DNA from: an uncultured Chloroflexia bacterium
Lineage (GTDB): Bacteria > Chloroflexota > Limnocylindria > Limnocylindrales > CSP1-4
Assembly (NCBI GenBank): GCA_963805585.1
Contig: CAWDUR010000017.1
Coordinates: 103,818-167,817 of the forward strand
DNA length: 64,000 nucleotides
Reading direction: 5' to 3'
Shown here: positions 39,605-48,418 of the stretch, one piece after another
How the letters are laid out: the number at the start of each line of letters is the position of its first letter
How positions within the stretch are numbered: the stretch's first letter is position 1
Program-made: the position numbers and the translations under genes
The notes under the pieces: model-generated
Told to the model about the DNA's origin: nothing
Seen by the model: only the letters and a program-made list of their open reading frames with translations
The model's database searches: none

Positions 39605-40091
39605 CGTCTCATTCGACGTCGTCAGCGAGTTCGACCGTCAGGAGCTCGTGAACGCCATCGATCAGGTCCGCCGCGAGGTCGCCACGCGCTTCGACTTCAA
39701 GGGCGCCAAGGTGCAGATCGACCTGACCGAGAAGGAACTCGTCGTCGTCACCGATTCGGAGATGCGCTCCGCGGCCATCGCCGATCTCGTCATCAGCAAG
39801 GCCATCCGGCGGGGTCTCTCGGTGAAGATATTCGACTGGGGCAAGGTGGAACCTGCTGGCGGCATGTCCTTCCGGCAGCGAGCCGCACTGCGCCAGGGCC
39901 TGCCGGAGGACGTGGCCAAGAAGATCAGCAAGCTCATCCGGGACGAGTTCCCGAAGCTGCACGGCCAGATCCAGGGAGACGTGGTGCGCGTCAGCGGCAA
40001 GTCCAAGGATGAGCTGCAACTCCTCATCACTCGCCTGCGCGAGATCGGGGACGAATACCCGGTCGCGCTGCAGTTCCGCAACTACCGGTAG
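39594..40091 (+). CDS. yajQ: YajQ-family (UPF0234) nucleotide / cyclic-di-GMP-binding protein
   Basis: [37 protein letters not shown]...[12 protein letters not shown]. Confidence 0.9.
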   Translation: [165 protein letters not shown]

Positions 40092-40100
40092 GCTGTGAGC

Positions 40101-40190
40101 ATGACCGAGAGCCGGACCTCGCGCTTCCTTCTGGCCGTCCTGGCCACCATCGTCATCGTCGCGCTCATCGTCACGATGGTGCAGGTGTGA
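40101..40190 (+). CDS. possible 29-aa hydrophobic micro-protein
   Basis: ATG 40101: MTESRTSRFLLAVLATIVIVALIVTMVQV, stop 40188-40190. Below the ORF-track length cut-off. Its TGA overlaps the GTG of the next ORF (GTGA). Confidence 0.3.
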   Translation: MTESRTSRFLLAVLATIVIVALIVTMVQV

Positions 40191-42265
40191 ACGACATGAC
40201 CGATGCCTCGCCGCCGCTGCCCGGGGAAGCCGCGGAGGAGATCTTCGAGACTGCGGACGCCGGGCCATCCCATGACCTCCGACCGTCCGACCTGCTGGAC
40301 GCACCTGCCGCCGGCGAGGACTTCGACGAACCCGACGATGCCGAGCTGACCGAAGGGGACACATCGACGGCCGAGGCCGAGGCCGAGCCGGCCATCGCGA
40401 CCGCTGGATCCGCCGACGCCGGGGGCGTTAGCGCATCCGATGAGACCGATGACCGAGCAGTGGCCGATGAGGACATGCGCGGCCCCGACAGACTGGCCGA
40501 CGAGGCCGCCGAGCGGGTGGCGGGCCTGGCCGAAGTGGGGGCGCTCGATGCCGGGCAGCCGGCAGCTCTCCCCGAGGATGCGCCCGCGCCAGCCGTGATG
40601 CGCCGCAGCGTGTCGGCCGAGGTGGCACGGCACTTCAGGCGCGCTGGCGCCCGCTACTGCTTCACGGTTCCGGGCGAGGCGGTCCTGCCGCTCCTCGAAG
40701 ACCTGGCCGCTGAGGGCATCCGCGTCGTGACCACGCGACACGAGGCTGCCGCCGCGTTCATGGCCGAGGCGCTGACCCAGTCGACGGGTCGACCGCAGCT
40801 GGTAGCCGTGTCGCGCTCGGTCGGCGCCTCCAACGCCGCCATCGGCATCCACACCGCCAGCCAGGACTCGGCGCCGCTCGTCGTCCTCGCCGGGCAGGTG
40901 GAGCGGGCCTACATCGGACGCGAGGCCTTCCAGGAGAGCGACCTCGTGAAGGGCATCGGCAGCCTGGCGACGTGGGCGAGCCAGGTGGACGACCCTGACC
41001 AGGCTGTCAGCATCCTGGCCAGCGCCACGCGGCGGCTGACCACTGGTCGCCCGGGACCCATCCTGCTGTCCCTGCCCCGGGACGTCCTGGACGTCGAGAT
41101 CGAGGTCGGGAACGCGCCCTCGGCCGGTCCCACGGGCTCCCGCGGACCAGCCGCCGACCGGGCCGCCGTGCGACGGATCATGAAGCTCCTGGCGGCGTCC
41201 GAGCGAGGCGTCATCGTGGCCGGAGGTGGTGTCCTGCGCGCTCGGGCCACCAAGCGCCTCGTGGCCCTCTCGGAGGCCCTGGCGGTCCCCGTCATCGCCG
41301 CCTGGCGGCGGCCGGACGTCTTCCCCAACGACCATCCCAACTACCTTGGCATGGCCGGGCCCTGGGCGGCGCCCACCGTCCTGCGCCGCCTCGAGGACGC
41401 GGACGTCATCGTCTTCATCGGCGCTCGGCTGTCCGAGGCGACCACCCACCAGTACGTCATCCCGGGTCCGGATACCCGCTGGGCGCAGGTGGACGTTCAG
41501 CCGAGATCAGCCGTCCTGGCTGCCGGCGCCTGTGATCAGCATCGAAGCGGATGCCTCGCGATTCCTGGACGCCGCCTGGTCCGACCTGCGCGCAGCCGCG
41601 CTGGACAACGAGATGCGCAGCCGCCGCGAGGCTCGCACGGCCGCTGACCGCGAAGCCTACCGTGCCGCCAGCTCCGTGGGGCAGGGGAGCTGGAGTGGGC
41701 CAGGCGTCCACCCCGGACGCGTCGTTGACATGCTGCGGCGCGTCCTCCCGGACAATGCCATCATCACGACCGATGCCGGCAACATGGGCGGGTGGCTGGC
41801 ACGCGGCTTCCGCTTCCGTCGCGCCGGAACGTTCATCGGCCCGGCCTCCGGCGCGATGGGATTCGGCCTACCTGCCGCGGTTGCGGCGTCGCTACACGAA
41901 CCCGACCGCATCGCGGTGGCCGTCTGCGGCGATGGCGGTTTCGGGATGTCGGCGATGGAACTGGAGACCGCGGTGCGCGAGGGCGCCCATCCCATCGCCT
42001 GGTCTTCGACAACGAGCGCTACGGCACCATCGCCTCAAGCCAATCGCGAGGTGGCTGGAGCTCGGCCAGCTCGGACCTCGGTCCTGTCGATTTCGCCGCG
42101 ATCGCCCGCGCGCAGGGTGCCCTCGGCTTCAGCGTCACGAACGACGCGGACTTCGAGGACGCACTGCGGCAGGCCATCCTGTCGCGTCAGGCATCGGTCA
42201 TCCACCTCTTGCTCGATCGGGTCTGGGTGTCGGTCGACGATGGGCCGGTCATCTCCCACGACTGA
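40187..42265 (+). pseudogene. thiamine-pyrophosphate enzyme (acetolactate synthase-like) with about 137-aa acidic N-terminal extension, two frame breaks
   Basis: The TPP N-domain starts at MRRSVSAEVARHF.. (ATG 40598): FTVPGEAVLPLLE, ASNAAIGIHTASQDSAPLVVLAG. The middle frame has TDAGNMGGW and GAMGFGLPAAVAA (GDG motif CGDGGFGM). The last frame has LVFDNERYGTI. Breaks lie near 41520-41530 (+1) and 41999 (-1, CCC run). Confidence 0.75.
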
Positions 42266-42276
42266 CAGAGCCCGAC

Positions 42277-42292
42277 TGTCTTTGCGCAAAGA
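42277..42292. terminator. bidirectional hairpin between convergent genes
   Basis: Perfect 16-nt palindrome GTCTTTGCGCAAAGAC, unusually AT-rich for this sequence. It lies between the TPP enzyme stop (42265) and the GNAT stop (42333). Confidence 0.4.
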
Positions 42293-42332
42293 CGGATACG
42301 GCCTCCGACCCACCACTTCGCGATAGCCGCGG

Positions 42333-42891
42333 TCAGTCGCCGGCGCTCCCGATGTCACGACGGAGTGCCAGTGCGCCGAAACTTGCCCCCGTCTCGGCGT
42401 CCACGCCGACCTCCACGATCTCGAAGCCCAGGTGGTCATAGAAGCCGAGCGCGCGCTCGTTGTCCCGCATCACCCACAGGACAGTCTCCCGGGCACCCCA
42501 ACGCGTAGCCCATGATTCGAGAGACCGCGATCAGCAGCCGGCCGACGCCCGAGTGTCGTGACCCGGGATCGACCCACATGCTGAAGAGGAGCAGCGTCGA
42601 TGGGCGGCGGCGGCGTCCGTGCACAAGCCCGATGGGGTCTTCGTCGCGCAGCGCCACGAGCCAGTTGCGCTCGTCCCCGTGCGCGGACTGCATCGCCTTG
42701 CGGTGCCATTCCTGGGCAGACATCCCCATGGCCTCAGCCAGTGGCTGGCCGAAGGCGTCGGGGGCGTCCGCCAGGCTTCGCAACCGCAGAGCTCGGAGGA
42801 GGGGACCCTCCGGCGCGCGGATGCGACGGATCACGAGGCTTCCGCTGTCAGGCGCCACCCTCAGACGGTACCAGCCGGCGTCGACCGGCAC
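42333..42891 (-). pseudogene. GNAT-family N-acetyltransferase, frame broken near 42522
   Basis: The ORF 42436..42891 frame reads WVDPGSRHSGVGRLLIAV. The true C-terminus in the other frame reads LESWATRWGARETVLWVMRDNERALGFYDHLGFE..., ending at TGA 42333-42335. Confidence 0.75.
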
Positions 42892-42909
42892 AGCGGGGCA
42901 CCGCGAGCA

Positions 42910-43311
42910 TCACTCGATCGGTGCCCCAGCCGCAGCCAGTGCGTCTAGACCGCCCGCATCGATGATGTCGGTGAAGCCAGCCTCGGTCATGGCCTCCGCG
43001 GCGATCGCACTGCGCCGGCCGGTACGGCAATACACGAGATAGTCATCCTCCGGATCTAGCGCGGCGATCTTCCCAGCGAAGTCCGACGCCTCGACATCGA
43101 TGTTGATGGCACCGGCCACGTGCCCAGCCGCGTACTCCTCCGGGGTCCGCACGTCGATGACAGTGCGCTCGTCGAGCACCTTGACGGCATCCGCGGCGGC
43201 CACCACTCGCACGGCATCCGCGGCGGCACCTGGTTCGCCGCCGCTGCAGGCGCCGACGAAGAAGACCGAGGCCAGGGCCAGGACGAGGAGCGGGTGCAGG
43301 ACGCGGGACAC
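42910..43311 (-). CDS. rhodanese-domain sulfurtransferase, probable lipoprotein
   Basis: GTG 43311 is preceded by GGAGGG. Signal plus lipobox LALASVFFVGAC. VIDVRTPEEYAAGHVAGAINI and active-site loop YCRTGRRS. Confidence 0.8.
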   Translation of the reverse strand: MSRVLHPLLVLALASVFFVGACSGGEPGAAADAVRVVAAADAVKVLDERTVIDVRTPEEYAAGHVAGAINIDVEASDFAGKIAALDPEDDYLVYCRTGRRSAIAAEAMTEAGFTDIIDAGGLDALAAAGAPIE

Positions 43312-43362
43312 GGAACCCTCCGTTTCAGGTTGACGACGTGGACCTGCGTATGATTCCATCAT

Positions 43363-43378
43363 TTGCGCAATCACGCAA
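43363..43378. promoter_or_regulatory. inverted repeat, candidate operator in the rhodanese / antitoxin divergent region
   Basis: TTGCG-caatca-CGCAA. The first arm is also part of the palindrome TTGCGCAA. Confidence 0.25.
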
Positions 43379-43412
43379 GTGACGTCGGGCGGGCCCACTG
43401 GCGATGATGGAC

Positions 43413-43442
43413 TTGACCGGCGGACGCGTCGCGGAGTAATGT
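43413..43442 (+). promoter_or_regulatory. candidate promoter of the toxin-antitoxin operon, leaderless geometry
   Basis: TTGACC (43413-43418), 18 nt spacer, TAATGT (43437-43442). ATG at 43449 lies only 6 nt downstream, with no SD. Confidence 0.35.
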
Positions 43443-43448
43443 CGGAAC

Positions 43449-44084
43449 ATGAGTACGGTCCGAATCGCATCCGTCTCCGCTCCATTCGACACACCCTCGG
43501 TGCGCCGGGCCGCCACCCACCTGGTGCTCATCGCCGACGGCCTGGGCCTACTTCCCGAGGGCGCGACGATCGAGCGGATCGACGAGGATCTCATCCGCGA
43601 CATCGCGCGCAGCAGCCTCTCGGAGGGCGTCGCCCTGGGGACCGCGCTGGCCATCCTCGAGGACACGGGCGAAGCCATGTCCGCTGCCCGCTGGAGTGCC
43701 CTCATCGAGCATCTGGCGGACGCACTCACCGGGTCACCGATGCCCAGGCGGGAGTTGACGGGCCTCATGAAGACCTACGGCCACGAGAGCCTGGGTCAGC
43801 TGCTTGGGATCTCATCGGCCAGCCTGCGCCGCTACGCGACCGGCACCCGCGTGGTGCCCGACGCAGTCGCGGCCCGCGTTCACTTCCTGGCGCTCGTGAC
43901 CACCGACCTCGCGGGCTCCTACAACGACTTCGGCATGCGGCGCTGGTGGGAGCGGCCTCGGAGCGTCCTCCAGGGTCGCTCGCCACGAGCCGCCCTCGGG
44001 GAGGACTGGGATCCGGACGACCCGTCGGTGCTCGCCGTCGCCGATCTCGCTCGCGCGCTCGCAGGCCCAGGCTCGGCGGCGTGA
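43449..44084 (+). CDS. Xre/MbcA/ParS-type antitoxin with C-terminal DUF2384-like domain
   Basis: 211 aa, intact. LGISSASLRRYATGTRVVPDAVAARV (HTH-like) and WWERPRSVLQGRSPRAALGEDWD (DUF2384 signature). The stop overlaps the RES gene start (GTGA). Confidence 0.7.
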   Translation: MSTVRIASVSAPFDTPSVRRAATHLVLIADGLGLLPEGATIERIDEDLIRDIARSSLSEGVALGTALAILEDTGEAMSAARWSALIEHLADALTGSPMPRRELTGLMKTYGHESLGQLLGISSASLRRYATGTRVVPDAVAARVHFLALVTTDLAGSYNDFGMRRWWERPRSVLQGRSPRAALGEDWDPDDPSVLAVADLARALAGPGSAA

Positions 44085-44610
44085 TCGCTTTCCGTAACGC
44101 GGACACGCGCACACCGTTCCTGTGGGAGTCGGATGAGCAGCCCGAGGCACGCTGGCACGGAGCGGGGGAGGGCCCGGTCGCCTACCTGGCCGAGACTGCC
44201 GACGGCGCCTGGGCGGAGTTCCTGCGCCACGAGGAGATCGACCGACCCGGCCGACCTCGATGGGGTCCGTCGTGCCATCTGGGCCATCGAGCTGCCGGCT
44301 CCGCCGGTTGGGGAGCCACACCTGCCCGTCGCGATCCTCACGGGGGACCGCTCGACCTGGCCCGCCTGTCAGGCAGCGGCTCGGCGGATCCGATCCCGCG
44401 GGGCTGATGGGCTGGCCGCTCCCTCGGCGGCACTCATCGCCGAGGACGCCGTCAGGCTTCCGGACGGCGGGCGGCTTGCGCCCAGCATCACCTCGGCGCG
44501 AACGGACCTTCGTCCTCTTCGGTGTCCGCCCGGACCTCGTTGGCTGGTGCGCCTGCGCCGCCGGACGACCGCGGGCAGACCTGCTACCGCGTGTGCGCCA
44601 CCCGCGCTGA
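44081..44610 (+). pseudogene. RES-domain toxin (NAD+-targeting family), two frame breaks
   Basis: AFRNADTRTPFLW..EARWHGAGEGPVAYLAETADGAWAEFLRHEEI / TDPADLDGVRRAIWAIELP...GADGLAAPSAAL...ITSA / ERTFVLFGVRPDLVGW. The R, E and S signature residues are present. +1 breaks lie near 44240 and 44499. Confidence 0.7.
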
Positions 44611-44779
44611 CGCCCGGGCGAGCCATTGAGGACGGTGCCGTCCGCTGTCACCGTCACCCTGCCGTAAGGGGCGAGCCTCGTCCTCCGTCCCGCATGTTAC
44701 ATAACTTGCATTATCGGAAGTGTTCACGAAGCAGACCCCGAGCTGCAGACGGGCGCGCCGGCGTCTACTGTCGGTGGGC

Positions 44780-45702
44780 ATGCGCTGAGCAGTCGCCCGT
44801 CGTCGTGGCCGGTGGCTTCGGCATCGACACGAACGTCTATCGCGCTCGGCGAGCGGGTCGGCGCCGAGGTCACGTTCGCGCACGTCGTCGATGCACCGGG
44901 ACAGGCCGGCTGCTACAGCGCCCGGGCCTTCGTCGCCCTTGGTCTGCCGACCCGAGCCATCGCCGCGCTCGGTGATGACCCCCAGGCGCGCCCGATCCGC
45001 GCCGAGCTCGGCCGCTCCGGCATCGCGGTCACCGAGCTGCGCGATCCGCTGGGCACGCACCGCAGCGTCAACCTCGTCGGCCAGTGATGGTACGCGACGC
45101 AACTACTTCGACGCCCGAGGCGCAGGAGCGGTCGGCGTCGATCTCGGAGGCCTGCCGGCGCGACCCTGCGCGGCGCCGGCCCTGCTGCATTGCCACCTCG
45201 ACGACTGGTGCCGTCGAGCTGCTGCCCATGGCGCACCAGAGAGGGCCTGCGCATCAGCTGCGACCTCCAGGATGCGCCGTCGGCCGACGACGCCTACCGG
45301 GCCGACTTCGTGGCCGCCGCGGACGTCCTCTTCCTCTCGGCGGTCAACCTCTCCGACCCGGCCCGGGTCGGCCCTCGGACCTGGCTTCCCGGCGTCCGGG
45401 CCGGTGGTGGTCGTGGGTGCCGGCGACAAGGGCTGCCTGATCGCCCGCGACGGGCACGTGAAGCACTACCCGGCCGCCGACTTGCCCGAGTGGCCCGTCG
45501 TGGACACCAACGGTGCCGGTGACACGCTGGCCGCCACCTTCCTGGCCTCGTACCTGGTCGAGGAGCTCGATGCTTGGCGCGATCGCTGCGACGAGCCCAG
45601 CTCGCGGCACGCTGGATCTGCAGCCAGCGCGGCGACGAGAAGGTACCCCTCCCCCGCGCACGAGCTGGAGGCGCTGGAGGCCGCCTCGACCGGTCGGCCT
45701 GA
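44780..45702 (+). pseudogene. PfkB-family carbohydrate/nucleoside kinase, at least seven frame breaks; 3' end uncertain
   Basis: Pieces rotate through the frames: MR / EQSPVVVAGGFGIDTNVY / ALGERVGAEVTF...SVNLVGQ / DGTRRNYFDARGAG...LLHCHLDDWCR / ELLPMAHQRG / LRISCDLQD...DVLFLSAVN / GPVVVVGAGDKGCLIARDG...DTNGAGDTLAATFLA / LARSLRRAQLAARWICSQRG. Breaks lie near 44786, 44840, 45085, 45213, 45243, 45385 and 45570. Confidence 0.65.
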
Positions 45703-45746
45703 CGACGCCATCCGCCGGGCGAGGCGAGCCGGGCGGATGGTGGCTG

Positions 45747-46217
45747 TCAGGCCACGTTGCGATGAGCGGAGCCTCGAGCGTCACCGTGGTCGACGTAGAG
45801 CTGTGCCAGCGCGATACAGAGGCGAGACGCGGCATCGGCGGCCATCCCGGTCAGGAGCGTGACCTCGAGGCCGCTGTCGCGCTGGCGCGACCTCGACGCT
45901 GTGCAGGCCGTAGCAGTCCTCGACGCCCATCCAGAAGTAGACCTCGAGGGTCCGGCCGTCGGCAGACGACGACGATGTGGTCCCAGGCGGTCGGCGTGGC
46001 GTCGATGACCGACGCGTCCGGCTCGATCGGCGTGGCCACCGGAGCGCAGTCCGTGGCCGAGGCGTCAGCCGCCGCGCAGATGGCGTCATCCGACCCAGGG
46101 TCGAGCGTCCTGGGCCTGGCCGGCAGCCGGCAGGCCCACCAGGGCCAAGGTCAGGCTGGCCACCAGGGCCAGGCGTGTCACGAAGCTGGTGGTCGATGCG
46201 GGGGCGAGGCTCATCAT
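45747..46217 (-). pseudogene. small secreted protein of unknown function, three frame breaks
   Basis: AAGGAGA SD, then MMSLAPASTTSFVTRLALVASLTLALVGLPAAGQAQ (signal) / DDAICAAADASATDCAPVATPIEPDASVIDATPTAWDHIVVV / ADGRTLEVYFWMGVEDCYGLHSVEVAPA / DSGLEVTLLTGMAADAA.... +1 breaks lie near 46091, 45964 and 45879. Confidence 0.45.
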
Positions 46218-46340
46218 GTCTCCTTGACTGCGTGGGTTCCGCGCGGGGTGGGTCCGTGCTCCGCTGCGACGCCATGCGCCGGGACCTGGTTCCCGATCCT
46301 CGTGGCCGCCTCCGAGGTCCTCAGGAGCGTCGCAGGGAGG

Positions 46341-47817
46341 TCAGCCGTGGCGGCGAACATGGAAGAGCGTGCGCGCGGTGCCTTCGATGGGCGTCTCGCT
46401 GAGGAGATCGAAGTCCGGCCGCGAAGGCCTCACGGAAGCCCTCGACCGTGTAGCCCGGGAAGACGTCGCGCCGCGAGGCCAGGAGACGCTGCACCATGGC
46501 GTCCTCCTTGGGCACGAACTCCACGACGGCCTGCGGCGCCAGGCGCGCGAAGAGCGAGGCGATCATGGGCAGCGGCACGTTGGCGCCGATGGCCAGGTGA
46601 TGGACGAGGGCCAGGGCCAGGATGACGTCCGCGTCGGCGCGCGCCAGGAGCGAGGCGCGCTCGGCGCTCCCCCACCCCTGCGCAGGGCTGGGGTTGGTGA
46701 GATCGGCCAGCAGCGGCAGGGTGTCCTGGCGGCCTTCCGCACGAAGGCGGCGGTAGTGGCGCTCGACAGCGCCCGGGTCGACGTCGAGGGCCACCACGCG
46801 GTAGCCCGCTCAGCCGCCAGCCGGCTGTAGCGCCCCGTGTTGGCGCCCAGGTCCCAGGCGATCGAGCCACCTGCCACTGCCAGTGCGCTCGCGACCGTGG
46901 CTTCCTTGGCGGCGGTGGCATCGTCGTCGTAGCTGGTGTGGTCGGCGTAGTCGGCCCAGACGGTGCCCACGGGCTCCCAGTCGAGCCCCTCGATGGTGCT
47001 GCGCAGGGACTCGACGAGCGTGGCCAGGCGCGATGCCGACATGCTCGCGGAGGGCGCTCGGGTGGCCTCACCGGACGCACGGCCGTCGTCAGCGTGGCGA
47101 CGCTGCGCGCGGGCGTGGAGGTGGATGTGCGGCCCGAGACTCAGCGAGAAGCGCGTCCGGCCAGGGAGCAGGCTGCGCCGCGAGGTCGAGCGGTACGCCC
47201 TCGAGGTGATCGCGCAGCAGCCCTCCGAGCCGGATGTCCACGCGCGCCATGAGCGCCAGCGGGGCCAGGAAGTGCTCGCAGAACTGGCGATAGGCGACCC
47301 ACGGCCGCCCGTCCTCGGCCCGCTCGAAGGAGAGCGAGTCGATGAGCACCGGCGTGCCACGCTGGAACTGCACGTTGTAGGCGGAGGCGTCGCGCAGCGT
47401 CATGCCGGCCTCGGCAGCCAGCGTCTGCGCGCGCAGGGTCAGGAGTGCGGCGTCCTTGAGCTGGCTGAACGACCACTCGTACGGGTAGGAGACGAAGTCC
47501 AGCGCTTCCGGCCGGATGACGCGGTAGGCCGGCGGAGCCGCGGCCAGCTCGACCGCGACCTCCTCGTGTCCGAGGAGCAGCCCCTCCCTCCGCAGTCGCT
47601 CGTAGAGCCCGGAGCCGATGAAGTGATCCCAGTCATCCGCGAACGTGGCCTGGACCTGGCGGTAGAGCGTGCCCGACCTGCGGAAGACGAAGCCCGCCGG
47701 GTCGCGGTAGGAACCAGGGTCGCGCGCCACGCCAGGATGCTCGCCCACGTCAGGCGCGGGCTCGGTCGACCGGGCTGCGGCTGGGGCCTCCGGCTCAGGC
47801 TTCGCGGTCGCGGTCAT
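46341..47817 (-). pseudogene. class I SAM-dependent methyltransferase with large N-terminal domain, three frame breaks
   Basis: The N-domain has SYRDPAGFVFRRSGTLYRQV, SYPYEWSF, RDASAYNVQF. The MTase fold has IAWDLGANTGRYSRLAAER / GYRVVALDVDPGAV...ILALALVHHL...VVEFVPKED...GFREAFAAG / FDLLSETPIEGTARTLFHVRRHG. Breaks lie near 47175 (+1), 46806 (-1, G run) and 46414 (+1). Confidence 0.7.
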
Positions 47818-47986
47818 CCGTCGGCGCGACGGTCGCCGGGCTCTTCTCCTCGCCCCCGCGGACGGTACGCAGGAAGCGCGAGATCTGGTGTCTGAAGAAG
47901 ATCGGGATGGCCACCAGCCCGGCGATGAGGGCCTGGATGATCAGGCTGCCAGATCCCGGATCGATGTAGGCGAAGATGAGCTCCAT
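47795..47986 (-). CDS. small membrane protein (63 aa)
   Basis: AAGGGAG SD, then ATG 47986: MELIFAYIDPGSGSLIIQALIAGLVAIPIFFRHQISRFL.... It overlaps the methyltransferase start by 23 nt. Confidence 0.5.
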   Translation of the reverse strand: MELIFAYIDPGSGSLIIQALIAGLVAIPIFFRHQISRFLRTVRGGEEKSPATVAPTDDRDREA

Positions 47987-48127
47987 GGTCGACTCCCTTG
48001 GACGTGCTGGTCCGCACGGCCACCTGAGTTCCCCGACGGCGCCGCGTCCCCCAGACGATAGCACCGCACGCGCCACCGGACCCGCGAACGCATCCGTGGG
48101 TGCCCACGGCCGGTCGCGAGCCCGCGC

Positions 48128-48418
48128 TCAGGTTGCCAGCTGCTCGCCGATGGTGGTCTCGTAGCCTGGGAAGTAGCGCTCGATGACGGGCAGGTCGAAG
48201 CTGCGCAGGATGGCCTCACGTGGCTCGCGGGCAAGGAGGAAGTCGAAGGAGGCTGCCACGAGCCGCTCCGGGTCGTAGTGGCCAGGGGCCAGGCGCGCCA
48301 GGTCGGCCCGGCTTACGGTCACGCCGTGGTGCGTCGCCGCGGCGTCCCGCCCGACCACGACTTCGCACAGGAAGCCGGTCGGCGTGGGACGGCAGACGAT
48401 CGTCACCGGCTGACTCAC
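48128..48418 (-). CDS. hypothetical protein (96 aa) translationally coupled to hflX
   Basis: GTG 48418 overlaps the hflX TGA (GTGA). Intact, with high GC3. No recognisable motif. Confidence 0.55.
   Translation of the reverse strand: MSQPVTIVCRPTPTGFLCEVVVGRDAAATHHGVTVSRADLARLAPGHYDPERLVAASFDFLLAREPREAILRSFDLPVIERYFPGYETTIGEQLAT

Noticed and set aside
43331-43356. TTGACG ... TATGAT pair as a promoter in the rhodanese/antitoxin divergent region
   Set aside because: The spacer is only 13 nt, outside the 16-19 nt range for sigma-70 type promoters. The downstream TTGACC-N18-TAATGT is a better candidate.
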